From an uncultured Colwellia sp. (GTDB taxonomy: Bacteria; Pseudomonadota; Gammaproteobacteria; Enterobacterales; Alteromonadaceae), in assembly GCA_913058395.1 (NCBI GenBank), contig CAJXQI010000002.1, positions 1 to 64,000 of the forward strand: 64,000 nucleotides of DNA. Reading direction: 5' to 3'. Shown here one piece after another: positions 29,960 to 38,570 of this stretch (position 1 is the first letter of the stretch; the number at the start of each line of letters is the position of its first letter). Under the pieces are notes generated by a model, which was given only the letters and a program-made list of their open reading frames with translations, was not told the DNA's origin and ran no database searches. The translations under genes were made by a program, and so were the position numbers.

Positions 29960-30027
29960 TTAAGGAAGGATTCGAACCTTCGCCCAACAGCACGAAGCTG
30001 TTGCTCTATCCTCTGAGCTACTTAAAT
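29957..30027 (-). ncRNA. tRNA-like element 2 (71 nt, no CCA, 5-nt anticodon loop or 4-bp stem with anticodon UCG)
   Basis: Perfect acceptor ATTTAAG/CTTAAAT, D-arm GCTC-AGAGGATA-GAGC, anticodon arm ACAGC-TTCGT-GCTGT, T-arm GAAGG-TTCGAAT-CCTTC. Confidence 0.5.
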
Positions 30028-30029
30028 AG

Positions 30030-30100
30030 TTATTAAGATGGGAATCGAACCCATGACTGACGAAATCAATTCGCTGCTCTACCTACTGAGCTACTTAATA
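30030..30100 (-). ncRNA. tRNA-like element 3 (71 nt, no CCA, shortened anticodon loop)
   Basis: Perfect acceptor TATTAAG/CTTAATA, D-arm GCTC-AGTAGGTA-GAGC, anticodon arm GCGAA-TTGAT-TTCGT, T-arm ATGGG-TTCGATT-CCCAT. Confidence 0.5.
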
Positions 30101-30356
30101 TTTGTTTGATTAGGTATACGCATTTGCATTGCTTAGCGCACCAGTGTGACTTTTTGAATCACATCCTATTAATCAGACACTTAAGTTATTACAAGTCATG
30201 TGCCAAGATAATTTAAACCGTAAAAAAAATAATTAACCTGTTGTTTATATATGAGAAATTATGTGTTGCCGTGTGTTTTATATGTTTTAAGTTGAATTAA
30301 AAACCACTAGTAGATATCATTAAGGATATTTAATCTATCTATATGGATATGCTGTA

Positions 30357-31958
30357 GTGAAGAATACTGTTGTTGTGAGTTTGATAGGAACTCAATTAGA
30401 CTATGTTGGTAAAAGAGTTGATAAATGGGCCAAATGGCGACCTAATGTCAGTTTGTGTAGCCAGGAAGACTTAATAGTTAGTCAGCTTCATATGTTGCAT
30501 GATAATCATAGCAGTCGTCTTGCTAATAATGTGGCTGTAGATATTGAATCTGTTTCTCCTGAAACTAATGTTTCATTACATCAAGTCAATTTTCGCGACC
30601 CTTGGGATTTTGAAGAAGTTTATGCCAAACTTTTCGATTGGTGCCAAGAGCAAAAATTCGATACCGATCAAAATGATTATTTATTCCATATAACAACAGG
30701 CACTCACGTTGTTCAGATTTGTAGTTACCTCCTTACAGAGAGTCGTCACTTTCCAGGCCGCCTAATTCAAACATCACCCGATCACAACAATAAAAACAAA
30801 TCGATTGGCCGTATACAAATTATCGATTTAGATCTATCTAAATATGACCAATTAGCTACAAGGTTTGACGTTGAACACCAAGAAGGTAAAGAGTTCTTAA
30901 AAGGTGGTATTGAGACTAAAAATAAGGCTTTTAACAGACTCATTACTCAGATAGAAAAAGTCGCTATTCGATCACAAGATCCCATGTTGTTAACTGGACC
31001 AACAGGAGCTGGTAAAAGCCAGCTAGCAACACGTATATTCCAATTAAAGAAAAAGCGCTCGATGTTAAAAGGCACATTAGTCTCGGTGAACTGTGCAACC
31101 TTAAAAGGTGAAAATGCTATGGCAGCATTGTTTGGCCATACCAAAGGAGCATTCACAGGTGCAGTAAAATCTAGAGATGGTTTTTTGCTTAGGGCTAATA
31201 ACGGTGTTTTGTTCTTGGATGAAATTGGTGAACTTGGCTTGGAAGAACAAGCCATGCTGCTACATGCTATAGAAAATAAAACTTTCCACCCTGTGGGCAG
31301 TGATACGCCAGTTCAAAGTAATTTTCAACTAATCGCAGGAACCAATAGAGATTTAAAACAGGAGATTGAAAAAGGGTCTTTCCGTGAAGATTTATTAGCT
31401 CGTATTAACCTTTGGACATATGAGTTACCTGCGCTTAAAGATAGAAAAGAAGATATTCCTGTTAACGTTGACTATGAGATAGATCTTTTTGCCAAAAAAA
31501 CAGGGCACCGTGTGCAATTTAACAAAGAAGCACAAAGTACCTTTATTGGCTTCTCTACTTCTAACGAGGCGCTATGGTCTGGGAACTTTCGTGATTTAAG
31601 CTCTGCGATAACCCGGCTGTGTACTTTGGCAGATTCTTCTAGAATCACTGTAGATGATGTCGAAGAAGAAGTAGAACGATTAAAACGAGCATGGAACCCA
31701 TCAGGCCAGCAATCAACTAACAATATTTTATATAAGTACCTTCTAAAGGAACAAGTTGAAAATTTAGATACGTTTGATGCTAACCAACTTAGGTATGTAC
31801 TTGATACATGCCAACGCCATAATAGTATGGCCTCAGCAGGTAGAGAGCTATTTGATGTTAGCCGAATCTTAAAATCTCAACCAAATGATTCCAGCCGCCT
31901 ACAGAAGTACTTGAGTAAATTTGGTTTGAAATGGGCGGATATTTTAGCAAAAAGTTAG
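30357..31958 (+). CDS. rtcR: RtcR, sigma-54-dependent transcriptional activator with N-terminal CARF-like sensor domain
   Basis: GTG start; N-terminus MKNTVVVSLIGTQLDYVG as in E. coli RtcR; AAA+ sigma-54 interaction domain (LTGPTGAGKS, GVLFLDEIGEL). Confidence 0.9.
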   Translation: MKNTVVVSLIGTQLDYVGKRVDKWAKWRPNVSLCSQEDLIVSQLHMLHDNHSSRLANNVAVDIESVSPETNVSLHQVNFRDPWDFEEVYAKLFDWCQEQKFDTDQNDYLFHITTGTHVVQICSYLLTESRHFPGRLIQTSPDHNNKNKSIGRIQIIDLDLSKYDQLATRFDVEHQEGKEFLKGGIETKNKAFNRLITQIEKVAIRSQDPMLLTGPTGAGKSQLATRIFQLKKKRSMLKGTLVSVNCATLKGENAMAALFGHTKGAFTGAVKSRDGFLLRANNGVLFLDEIGELGLEEQAMLLHAIENKTFHPVGSDTPVQSNFQLIAGTNRDLKQEIEKGSFREDLLARINLWTYELPALKDRKEDIPVNVDYEIDLFAKKTGHRVQFNKEAQSTFIGFSTSNEALWSGNFRDLSSAITRLCTLADSSRITVDDVEEEVERLKRAWNPSGQQSTNNILYKYLLKEQVENLDTFDANQLRYVLDTCQRHNSMASAGRELFDVSRILKSQPNDSSRLQKYLSKFGLKWADILAKS

Positions 31959-32768
31959 CAAATTTTGCTTTATATAACCTCCTTCCCCAACGATAAATTT
32001 TTAGAGAAAAAAATAGTCTAAGCTATTAGATTCGAAAACGATAAGCTAATCGGTTTAAATTCCCATGAGTAGTAAAAACCCAAAATTTGATTTACTAAAT
32101 ATGAAAAAAATAAAACTTCACATTTATTTAGAAATAATGATTTTAAGTTTTATTCCCTACGGTTATAACAAACAGATTTAATAAACCTAAAAGTATTATT
32201 TATTTAATATTTTATTAAAAACCCAACAAGTTCATATTATTACAATTCTAACTTTTAAATAATTACACCTATATTATCTATATAATTAACCCTTTATTAA
32301 TTGTCTGTAAATTCAGTGCTTTAGGGTGGTTCCGCAAGCATAAATCAGTCCATCAATTTAGTTGAATGAGTGCTAGGTTAAGACATAGTTCTAATGTTCG
32401 TTTCTAATAGGTGGCAACAATGAAATTCTCAACAAAGCATTTAATAACCTCAGTTAATATTAAAAAATATTACTCCTTTTTATTTTATAAAAGTAGTTCT
32501 GAAAACAACGCAAAGCTAAAGCGATTTAAAAACCAAGAGAGGATCAGAAGACCAACTCTATTTGTGCGATCTTCACGAAATTTCAATAAAAGATTAAGTA
32601 AGTAAAACTTGTTGCCTATGTCCCATTTAAAGTTTGACACTGTAACCATTGGCCCATTCTCACTTAATATTTATTGGAAAGTTCAGAATGCAGTTAACTC
32701 TTTGTCGCTTGAAGAACGAGAGATTATTGAAGTGGCTATAGAAGAAATTCTTTTAGAGTATACGAAAA

Positions 32769-33161
32769 ATGAAAGCACTTTTGATATGGAGAAAAATAAT
32801 GAAATTAATAAGTTACCAAAGAAGCGCAACTAAAAAATATAGCTCTAAAGCTAACTCTGTTAAAAAACAAAGATCTGCATGTAAATTTTGGGCAATTAAG
32901 AATAAGCACGAAATAATAGAACAATATCAAGATGATGGATTTGGAAGTTTCTCCCAACTAGCTCCATGTTTTCAACAAATCATAAGGGCAATAAAGCAAG
33001 GCAACCCGAATTTCGAAGGTATAGTAGTTCATTCATACTCAAGAATATCTCGAAATTTACTCAATTTGATTCAAGTAAAACAATTCCTCAAAGATCAAAG
33101 TATTACATTATTTTCAGTTACTGAGTATTGTCCAATCATACCTAATAATAAAGAAGAGTAG
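32769..33161 (+). pseudogene. serine recombinase fragment (part of the resolvase catalytic domain)
   Basis: GIVVHSYSRISRNLLNLIQVKQFLKDQSITLFSVTE parallels VIVYALNRISRDLLILLKGVEHLEKHNVQLFSVIE of the intact integrase at 33645. Confidence 0.5.
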
Positions 33162-33241
33162 CATGAGAAGAGTTATCTCTAAAATACAAGTAAATGGAGG
33201 TTAGTCTCTAGCTAGACAAATCATTTAATCAGGAGAAGAAA

Positions 33242-33412
33242 ATGAAACATACAAAATACATGATAACTGAATCAAACGGCCCTGTAACAGAGCGGCCTAA
33301 ATGCTCTTGTTGTAATTCTAATTTGTATATTATTAAGGGTAGGAGTGGAAAATATAAATATTACATATGCAAAGAATTACTTAAAAAGACGACGTTAAAG
33401 AATAATAAATAG
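33242..33412 (+). pseudogene. serine integrase fragment (zinc-ribbon segment; duplicated RBS/leader of the intact integrase)
   Basis: Leader catttaatcaggagaagaaaATGAAAC repeats catttTGtcaggagaagaTaATGAAAC at 33627; encodes KCSCCNSNL..GKYKYY, cf. integrase aa about 300. Confidence 0.4.
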
Positions 33413-33644
33413 TAGTTATATTCTGTAATGGGTACAGAAGATTTAAATGTAAAAACAAACTTGAAGATACTATAAAGTTTTGAAAGGTTGAATACATCAA
33501 TGACGAGATCGTTGAACACTTTAATCGTCTAAGTCGAACTTCTGCACTTTATTAGAAATTTCAGTCATTTTATATTCGCAATAAGCAATTAATAACAGAG
33601 AAAGTTCGCATGCACATAACTAATCATTTTGTCAGGAGAAGATA

Positions 33645-35219
33645 ATGAAACTAGCAAGATATCGTAGAGTTAGCTCTAAAAGACAAGTAAATGAAGGTGA
33701 GTCTCTGGCTGGGCAAATTCAAAAAACGGACGAATGGGCAAAGGCAAATGGACATCAAATTATTGAAGATTACGTTGATGCAGGTTTTACAGGTCGTAAT
33801 GAAAATAGGAAAGGCTATCAGAATTTATTAGCTGATGTAGCAGAACCAGGGTCAGAAATAGAGGCTGTAATTGTTTATGCTCTCAATAGGATAAGTAGGG
33901 ATTTATTAATATTACTAAAAGGAGTCGAACATTTAGAAAAACATAATGTTCAATTATTTTCTGTGATTGAAAATCTTCCTAAAGATAGAAGCACTAATCG
34001 ATTGATGTTGGCTGTAACTGGTGCTGTATCGCAGAATCAAAGTGATGTTAGCTCTGTTTTTGTTAAAGACCGTATGAATGAAACTGCTGAACAAGGTTTT
34101 TACACAGGAGGACGTATTCCATACGGTTATTCAACCATCAAAGTTAAAATAGAAGGAATAAAAAAGAAACGTTCGAGACTTGTGATCATTGAAGAGCAAG
34201 CGTCTCTAGTTCGAGACATTTTCAATGCCGTTATAAGAGGTAGTAGTGGAAAAGGAGACGGATTAAAAACAATAGCAACTGATTTAAATAAGCGTGGCCT
34301 TAAACATGGAGTTAATAACTGGACCATAACAACATTAGGAAGAATGTTACATGATTCAACATATATGGGTGTACGGGTTTTTGGAAAAAATAGAAAAGAG
34401 GCTGAAAACAAACCAATAAAGAGTAAATGCCCTTCTATTGTATCAGAATCAATATTTAAACAGGCACAGAAAGCATTAAAGAGCAGACAACTTACTAACA
34501 GAGCATGTAAAGGAGTACGTTCTAACAGCCTTTTAACAGGGCTGCTTAAATGCTCTTGTTGCAACTCAAATTTAGTTATTAATACTGGCAAGAGTGGGCA
34601 ATACAAATATTACAAATGCAGTAAAAAAATAAAGGCCAACATTAATATATGTAATCAAAAGCCAATACCACAGTTATTAATTGAAAATAAAATTATGGAT
34701 GTGATATCTGATACGATACTGGAAACAGAATATCTAAATAAAATTTCAGAACATGTAAAAAAGATTCTTAAAGGTAAAGCTAAAAGTGATGATCAAATTC
34801 GGCTTTCTAAAAACAATCAATTAGCAGAAACCAAACAAAGTCTCAAAAAACTATTCATGATGCTCAGTAAAGATGAAATCGCTGCCGATAAAGATCTAGA
34901 TGAGATTTTAGATGACTTAAAAAATAAACGAAATACTCTTGAAGAAGAGTTACAGATTATAAAGCGCAGATCCAGTATTCCAATTTGGAAATTTGGTGAT
35001 AAGAAGAAATTAATATTTATAGAGACAATTAAAAAAGTTCTACTATCTGGTGATAAGAGTTTAACTAAGGCATTTTTGAGAACGATAATATCTAAAATTG
35101 ACGTTAAACCAACTGAAGTAACAATCATTGGAAGTAATATTCAAATGTTAAATGCCATTTCTAAAACAAAAATGGGCACCTCTAATGAGGTGCCCACCTT
35201 CGTATCAATGTGGCGGTGA
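33645..35219 (+). CDS. large serine recombinase (integrase): resolvase catalytic domain, recombinase domain, zinc ribbon, coiled coil
   Basis: YRRVSSKRQ...GESLAGQ catalytic Ser region; recombinase-domain motifs; CSCCNSNL..YKCSKK zinc ribbon; 524 aa; 3' end overlaps the tRNA-Ser 3' end. Confidence 0.9.
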   Translation: MKLARYRRVSSKRQVNEGESLAGQIQKTDEWAKANGHQIIEDYVDAGFTGRNENRKGYQNLLADVAEPGSEIEAVIVYALNRISRDLLILLKGVEHLEKHNVQLFSVIENLPKDRSTNRLMLAVTGAVSQNQSDVSSVFVKDRMNETAEQGFYTGGRIPYGYSTIKVKIEGIKKKRSRLVIIEEQASLVRDIFNAVIRGSSGKGDGLKTIATDLNKRGLKHGVNNWTITTLGRMLHDSTYMGVRVFGKNRKEAENKPIKSKCPSIVSESIFKQAQKALKSRQLTNRACKGVRSNSLLTGLLKCSCCNSNLVINTGKSGQYKYYKCSKKIKANINICNQKPIPQLLIENKIMDVISDTILETEYLNKISEHVKKILKGKAKSDDQIRLSKNNQLAETKQSLKKLFMMLSKDEIAADKDLDEILDDLKNKRNTLEEELQIIKRRSSIPIWKFGDKKKLIFIETIKKVLLSGDKSLTKAFLRTIISKIDVKPTEVTIIGSNIQMLNAISKTKMGTSNEVPTFVSMWR

Positions 35220-35301
35220 GATAGAGATTTGAACTCTAGAAGGGCTACAAACCCTTGCCGGTTTTCAAGACCGGTGCTTTCGACCACTCAGCCATCTCAC
35301 C
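35211..35301 (-). tRNA. tRNA-Ser (anticodon UGA), class II with long variable arm, CCA encoded
   Basis: Folded by eye: acceptor GGTGAGA/TCTCACC, discriminator G, CCA; anticodon stem CCGGT/ACCGG, loop CTTGAAA; T-arm TAGAG-TTCAAAT-CTCTA. Confidence 0.9.
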
Positions 35302-35461
35302 TGAAGTTAAAATGCATTGCTGCTTCAGAACGAGGCGAATATTAAAGGCTCGAAATTCTCTTGTAAAGCATTTATTCTATAAAAAAGTTTGTTTGCTAAA
35401 AAAAACAACAATTTGTTATTTATTTGAGCAAATTTAGTAATTTTCGTCTTAAGGAAAGCTT

Positions 35462-36058
35462 GTGAGTGAAGAAAATCAATGTCGTTGCCCTTGGTTAGAT
35501 ACAACAAAACCGGACTATGTTGCTTATCATGATGATGAATGGGGCGTGCCTGTTTTTGATGATAGAAAGTTATTTGAGTATTTAATGCTCGAATCTGCGC
35601 AAGCGGGCTTAAGTTGGTACACCATTTTGAAACGGCGTGATGGTTATCGTGCAGCCTTTGCAAATTTTGATGTTGAAAAGGTGTCGAAATTTACAGAGGA
35701 AAAAGTAGAAGAACTACTACTGGATATAGGTATTATTCGCCATAGAGGTAAAATTAACGCGGCTATTAATAATGCTAAGCTATTTATAGCAATTCAAAAA
35801 GAGTTTGGCAGCTTTAGCGAATATATGTGGGGCTTTGTTAATCATAAAACTATTGTTAATAATTGGGAAAAGCTTGAAGACTACCCTGCTACGTCGAAAG
35901 AATCTGATGCTTGGAGTAAAGATTTGAAAAAGCGTGGCTTTAAGTTTGTAGGTTCTACTATCTGTTATGCGCACATGCAAGCCTGCGGAATGGTGAATGA
36001 TCACAGCCATGATTGTTACAAACGCTCACAAATTATTGATGAATTTCAACAGCGTTAA
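35462..36058 (+). CDS. tag: DNA-3-methyladenine glycosylase I
   Basis: CPWLDTTKPDYVAYHDDEWGVPV..LSW Tag signature and Cys/His zinc site. Confidence 0.9.
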   Translation: MSEENQCRCPWLDTTKPDYVAYHDDEWGVPVFDDRKLFEYLMLESAQAGLSWYTILKRRDGYRAAFANFDVEKVSKFTEEKVEELLLDIGIIRHRGKINAAINNAKLFIAIQKEFGSFSEYMWGFVNHKTIVNNWEKLEDYPATSKESDAWSKDLKKRGFKFVGSTICYAHMQACGMVNDHSHDCYKRSQIIDEFQQR

Positions 36059-36219
36059 AGATAGTAATTAAAAAAATAGCGTGCCATAATATGTCATTGT
36101 GGTTTATGATTAATTATCACTATAAGTGGTAAACAAGTGCTGAATGTTTGATTTAACCTTGAACTTTTAACATTTGCCCACATCTAAAAAATATAATTAG
36201 CATACTTAGAGGAAATTTT

Positions 36220-36885
36220 ATGCAATCGAATATTAGTTTAAATGCTAGTAGAAGTTCAGCGATTGAAATTAACAAGGTACTGAAAAATACCTATATGTTA
36301 CTTTCGATGACTTTGGCGTTTAGTGCCGTAACTGCTGGTGTTTCTATGGCGATGGGCTTGTCTCATATGGCTGCCTTAGTAATGACCTTAGTTTCTTTCG
36401 GTTTATTATTTGTTGTTAATAAGAATGCCGATAAAGCGAGTGGTATTTTTTGGATTTTTGCCTTCACTGGTTTAATGGGTGCCTCTTTAGGCCCAATGCT
36501 TAACTATTATGCAGCTATGCCGAACGGCGCTTCATTAATTATGCAAGCATTAGGTGGCACAGCGTTAATTTTCTTTGCGCTTTCTGGCTACGCATTAACT
36601 AGCAAAAAAGACTTCTCATTTATGGGCGGCTTTTTAATGGTAGGTTTAATCGTTGCGGTAATTGCAATGGTAGCAAACATTTTCTTCCAAATTCCTGCGC
36701 TTTCATTAGCAATTAGTGCTGCAGTTATTATGATCATGTCTGGTTTGATTTTATATGATACAAGCCGCATCATTCACGGTGGTGAAACAAACTACATTCG
36801 TGCAACTGTTTCTCTATACTTGAATATTTATAATATCTTCGTGCATTTATTAAGCCTTTTAGGCGTTTTAGGCGGCGATGACTAA
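36220..36885 (+). CDS. Bax-inhibitor-1/YccA family inner membrane protein
   Basis: Seven TM helices; 221 aa; typical BI-1 architecture. Confidence 0.75.
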   Translation: MQSNISLNASRSSAIEINKVLKNTYMLLSMTLAFSAVTAGVSMAMGLSHMAALVMTLVSFGLLFVVNKNADKASGIFWIFAFTGLMGASLGPMLNYYAAMPNGASLIMQALGGTALIFFALSGYALTSKKDFSFMGGFLMVGLIVAVIAMVANIFFQIPALSLAISAAVIMIMSGLILYDTSRIIHGGETNYIRATVSLYLNIYNIFVHLLSLLGVLGGDD

Positions 36886-36947
36886 TTAGCAGTTAAAAAT
36901 CATATAATGTGATTAGTAATTGTTTATACTTTACGTATAAAATATAA

Positions 36948-36975
36948 AGCCTCAATATTGAGGCTTTTTTATTAT
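36948..36975 (+). terminator. rho-independent terminator (AAAGCCTCAATATTGAGGCTTTTTT)
   Basis: Hairpin followed by a T-run. Confidence 0.6.
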
Positions 36976-37012
36976 CTGAATTTACTTAATGTAGCGTGAA
37001 ACAAGGCAGAAT

Positions 37013-37390
37013 ATGCAAAACACTTTGGCTTTAGTGGTAACCACCCCGCCAAATAGCAATTTAACAACAACGGCAGTTAACTTGGTTAAAGCAGCTGTTG
37101 AGAAAGGCGTCGCTATTGTTGGTGTGTTCTTTTATCAAGACGGTGTGTTAAATGCTGCTAAGCATTTATCTATACCTAATGATGAATACCAAACGTTGCA
37201 ACATTGGCAACAGCTTAATCGCGAATTTGATGTGCCATTATATTTATGTGTTACTGCAGCAGAAAAGCGTGGTTTAACTGACGAACTTGGTAAGAATGAA
37301 AGCTCGAATATAGACCAAGCCTTCACCGTTTCAGGGTTAGGCGAGCTAGTTGAACTCACCTGTAAAGCAGAACGTGTGGTGCAATTATAA
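37013..37390 (+). CDS. tusD: sulfurtransferase TusD (DsrE family)
   Basis: DsrE-like 125 aa; first gene of a tusDCB-like operon with overlapping stops and starts. Confidence 0.75.
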   Translation: MQNTLALVVTTPPNSNLTTTAVNLVKAAVEKGVAIVGVFFYQDGVLNAAKHLSIPNDEYQTLQHWQQLNREFDVPLYLCVTAAEKRGLTDELGKNESSNIDQAFTVSGLGELVELTCKAERVVQL

Positions 37391-37752
37391 TGGCTGATAA
37401 AACCATAGCAATAGTAAATACCCAAGCGCCCTTTTCAAACGCTGACGGTAAGGAAGCATTAGACGCCGCATTAATATTTGGCTCTTATGAACAAGCAACA
37501 TCGCTATTTTTTCTAGCAGATGGTGTATTTCAGGTGATCGGGGATCAAAATGCCTCAGCAATTGAAATTAAAGATTATTTAAAAACATTCTCTGCTTTAA
37601 CATTTTATGACATTGAAAATATTTATGTTTGCCAACAATCGTTAACTGAGCGTAATTTAACGGCGAATTTTCATATCGACAATATTCAAGTGCTAACAAG
37701 TAAAGAGTTTAGCCAACGTTTACACCAGCACAACGTGATATACAGGTTTTAG
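37390..37752 (+). CDS. tusC: sulfurtransferase TusC (DsrF family)
   Basis: Operon position and size (120 aa). Confidence 0.7.
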   Translation: MADKTIAIVNTQAPFSNADGKEALDAALIFGSYEQATSLFFLADGVFQVIGDQNASAIEIKDYLKTFSALTFYDIENIYVCQQSLTERNLTANFHIDNIQVLTSKEFSQRLHQHNVIYRF

Positions 37753-37759
37753 TTTTACT

Positions 37760-38056
37760 ATGGCAATGTTACATATAATTAGAGATTCAGGCTTTAATAG
37801 CAGCGCATTAACTCAATGTTTGAGCATGAATTTGCCGCAAGACAGCATATTGCTAATGGATGATGGTTGTTATAATTTGAACCATCCTTTGCTACTGGCC
37901 GCGATAGCAAAACAGCCTGCGCTAAAGGTATATTTTATAAGCCTACATGCCAGCGCTCGAGCACAAAAAAGCAATAACACCTCCTTTATTTCAAGTACCT
38001 TAGATGACGTACTTGAATTACTTTTTAGCCACGACAACTCGATTACTTGGTCATGA
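37760..38056 (+). CDS. tusB: sulfurtransferase TusB (DsrH family)
   Basis: Operon position and size (98 aa). Confidence 0.65.
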   Translation: MAMLHIIRDSGFNSSALTQCLSMNLPQDSILLMDDGCYNLNHPLLLAAIAKQPALKVYFISLHASARAQKSNNTSFISSTLDDVLELLFSHDNSITWS

Positions 38057-38385
38057 CAATTAACTATAACAATGAAACTTTAGCCACTGATAAGCAAGGC
38101 TACTTACTTGATTTCACGCTATGGAATGAAGATGTTGCCGTTTTACTAGCACAATCAGACGACATAGAGCTTAGCGAAGCACACTGGGAAGTTATTCGTT
38201 TTGTTAGAGAGTTTTACCTAACTTACAACACATCACCGGCAATTCGCGCATTAACCAAAGCAATGAAAGTTGAATTTGGTGAGGAAAAAGCCAGTAGCCG
38301 TTATTTATACCGACTGTTTAAAGAAGGCCCTGCCAAGCAAGCAACAAAGTATGCGGGCTTACCTAAACCAGCGAGATGTATTTAA
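38047..38385 (+). CDS. tusE: sulfur relay protein TusE/DsrC family
   Basis: 112 aa, C-terminal conserved Cys (PKPARCI). Confidence 0.75.
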   Translation: MVMTINYNNETLATDKQGYLLDFTLWNEDVAVLLAQSDDIELSEAHWEVIRFVREFYLTYNTSPAIRALTKAMKVEFGEEKASSRYLYRLFKEGPAKQATKYAGLPKPARCI

Positions 38386-38570
38386 TTTTTCGCTGCTCTA
38401 ACTTAATAACACACGGTATCGCGTTACCACTTTAGCAACCGTAACATTCATATAACGTAAAGCCCTGCTGATGAGAAGCTAACAATGAACAATAAAAAAG
38501 CGCTTACCCAAAGGTAAGCGCTTTTTTAATTCAGCTATTTAACGTAGCTGAATTATATTATTTGTATTCG

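Noticed and set aside
29889-30100. Calling the three units canonical tRNA genes (e.g. tRNA-Arg, tRNA-Ser, or an ochre suppressor with anticodon UUA)
   Set aside because: All three lack an encoded CCA, although the nearby genuine tRNA-Ser has one. The anticodon arms are 2 nt short or need 4-bp stems, and unit 1 has an acceptor mismatch. Anticodon assignments therefore depend on an arbitrary fold, and the units are reported as tRNA-like ncRNAs instead.
31959-33640. A possible CRISPR array or other structured repeat in the AT-rich non-coding stretch after rtcR
   Set aside because: No regularly spaced direct repeats were found. The only repeats are the duplicated integrase leader and zinc-ribbon fragments.
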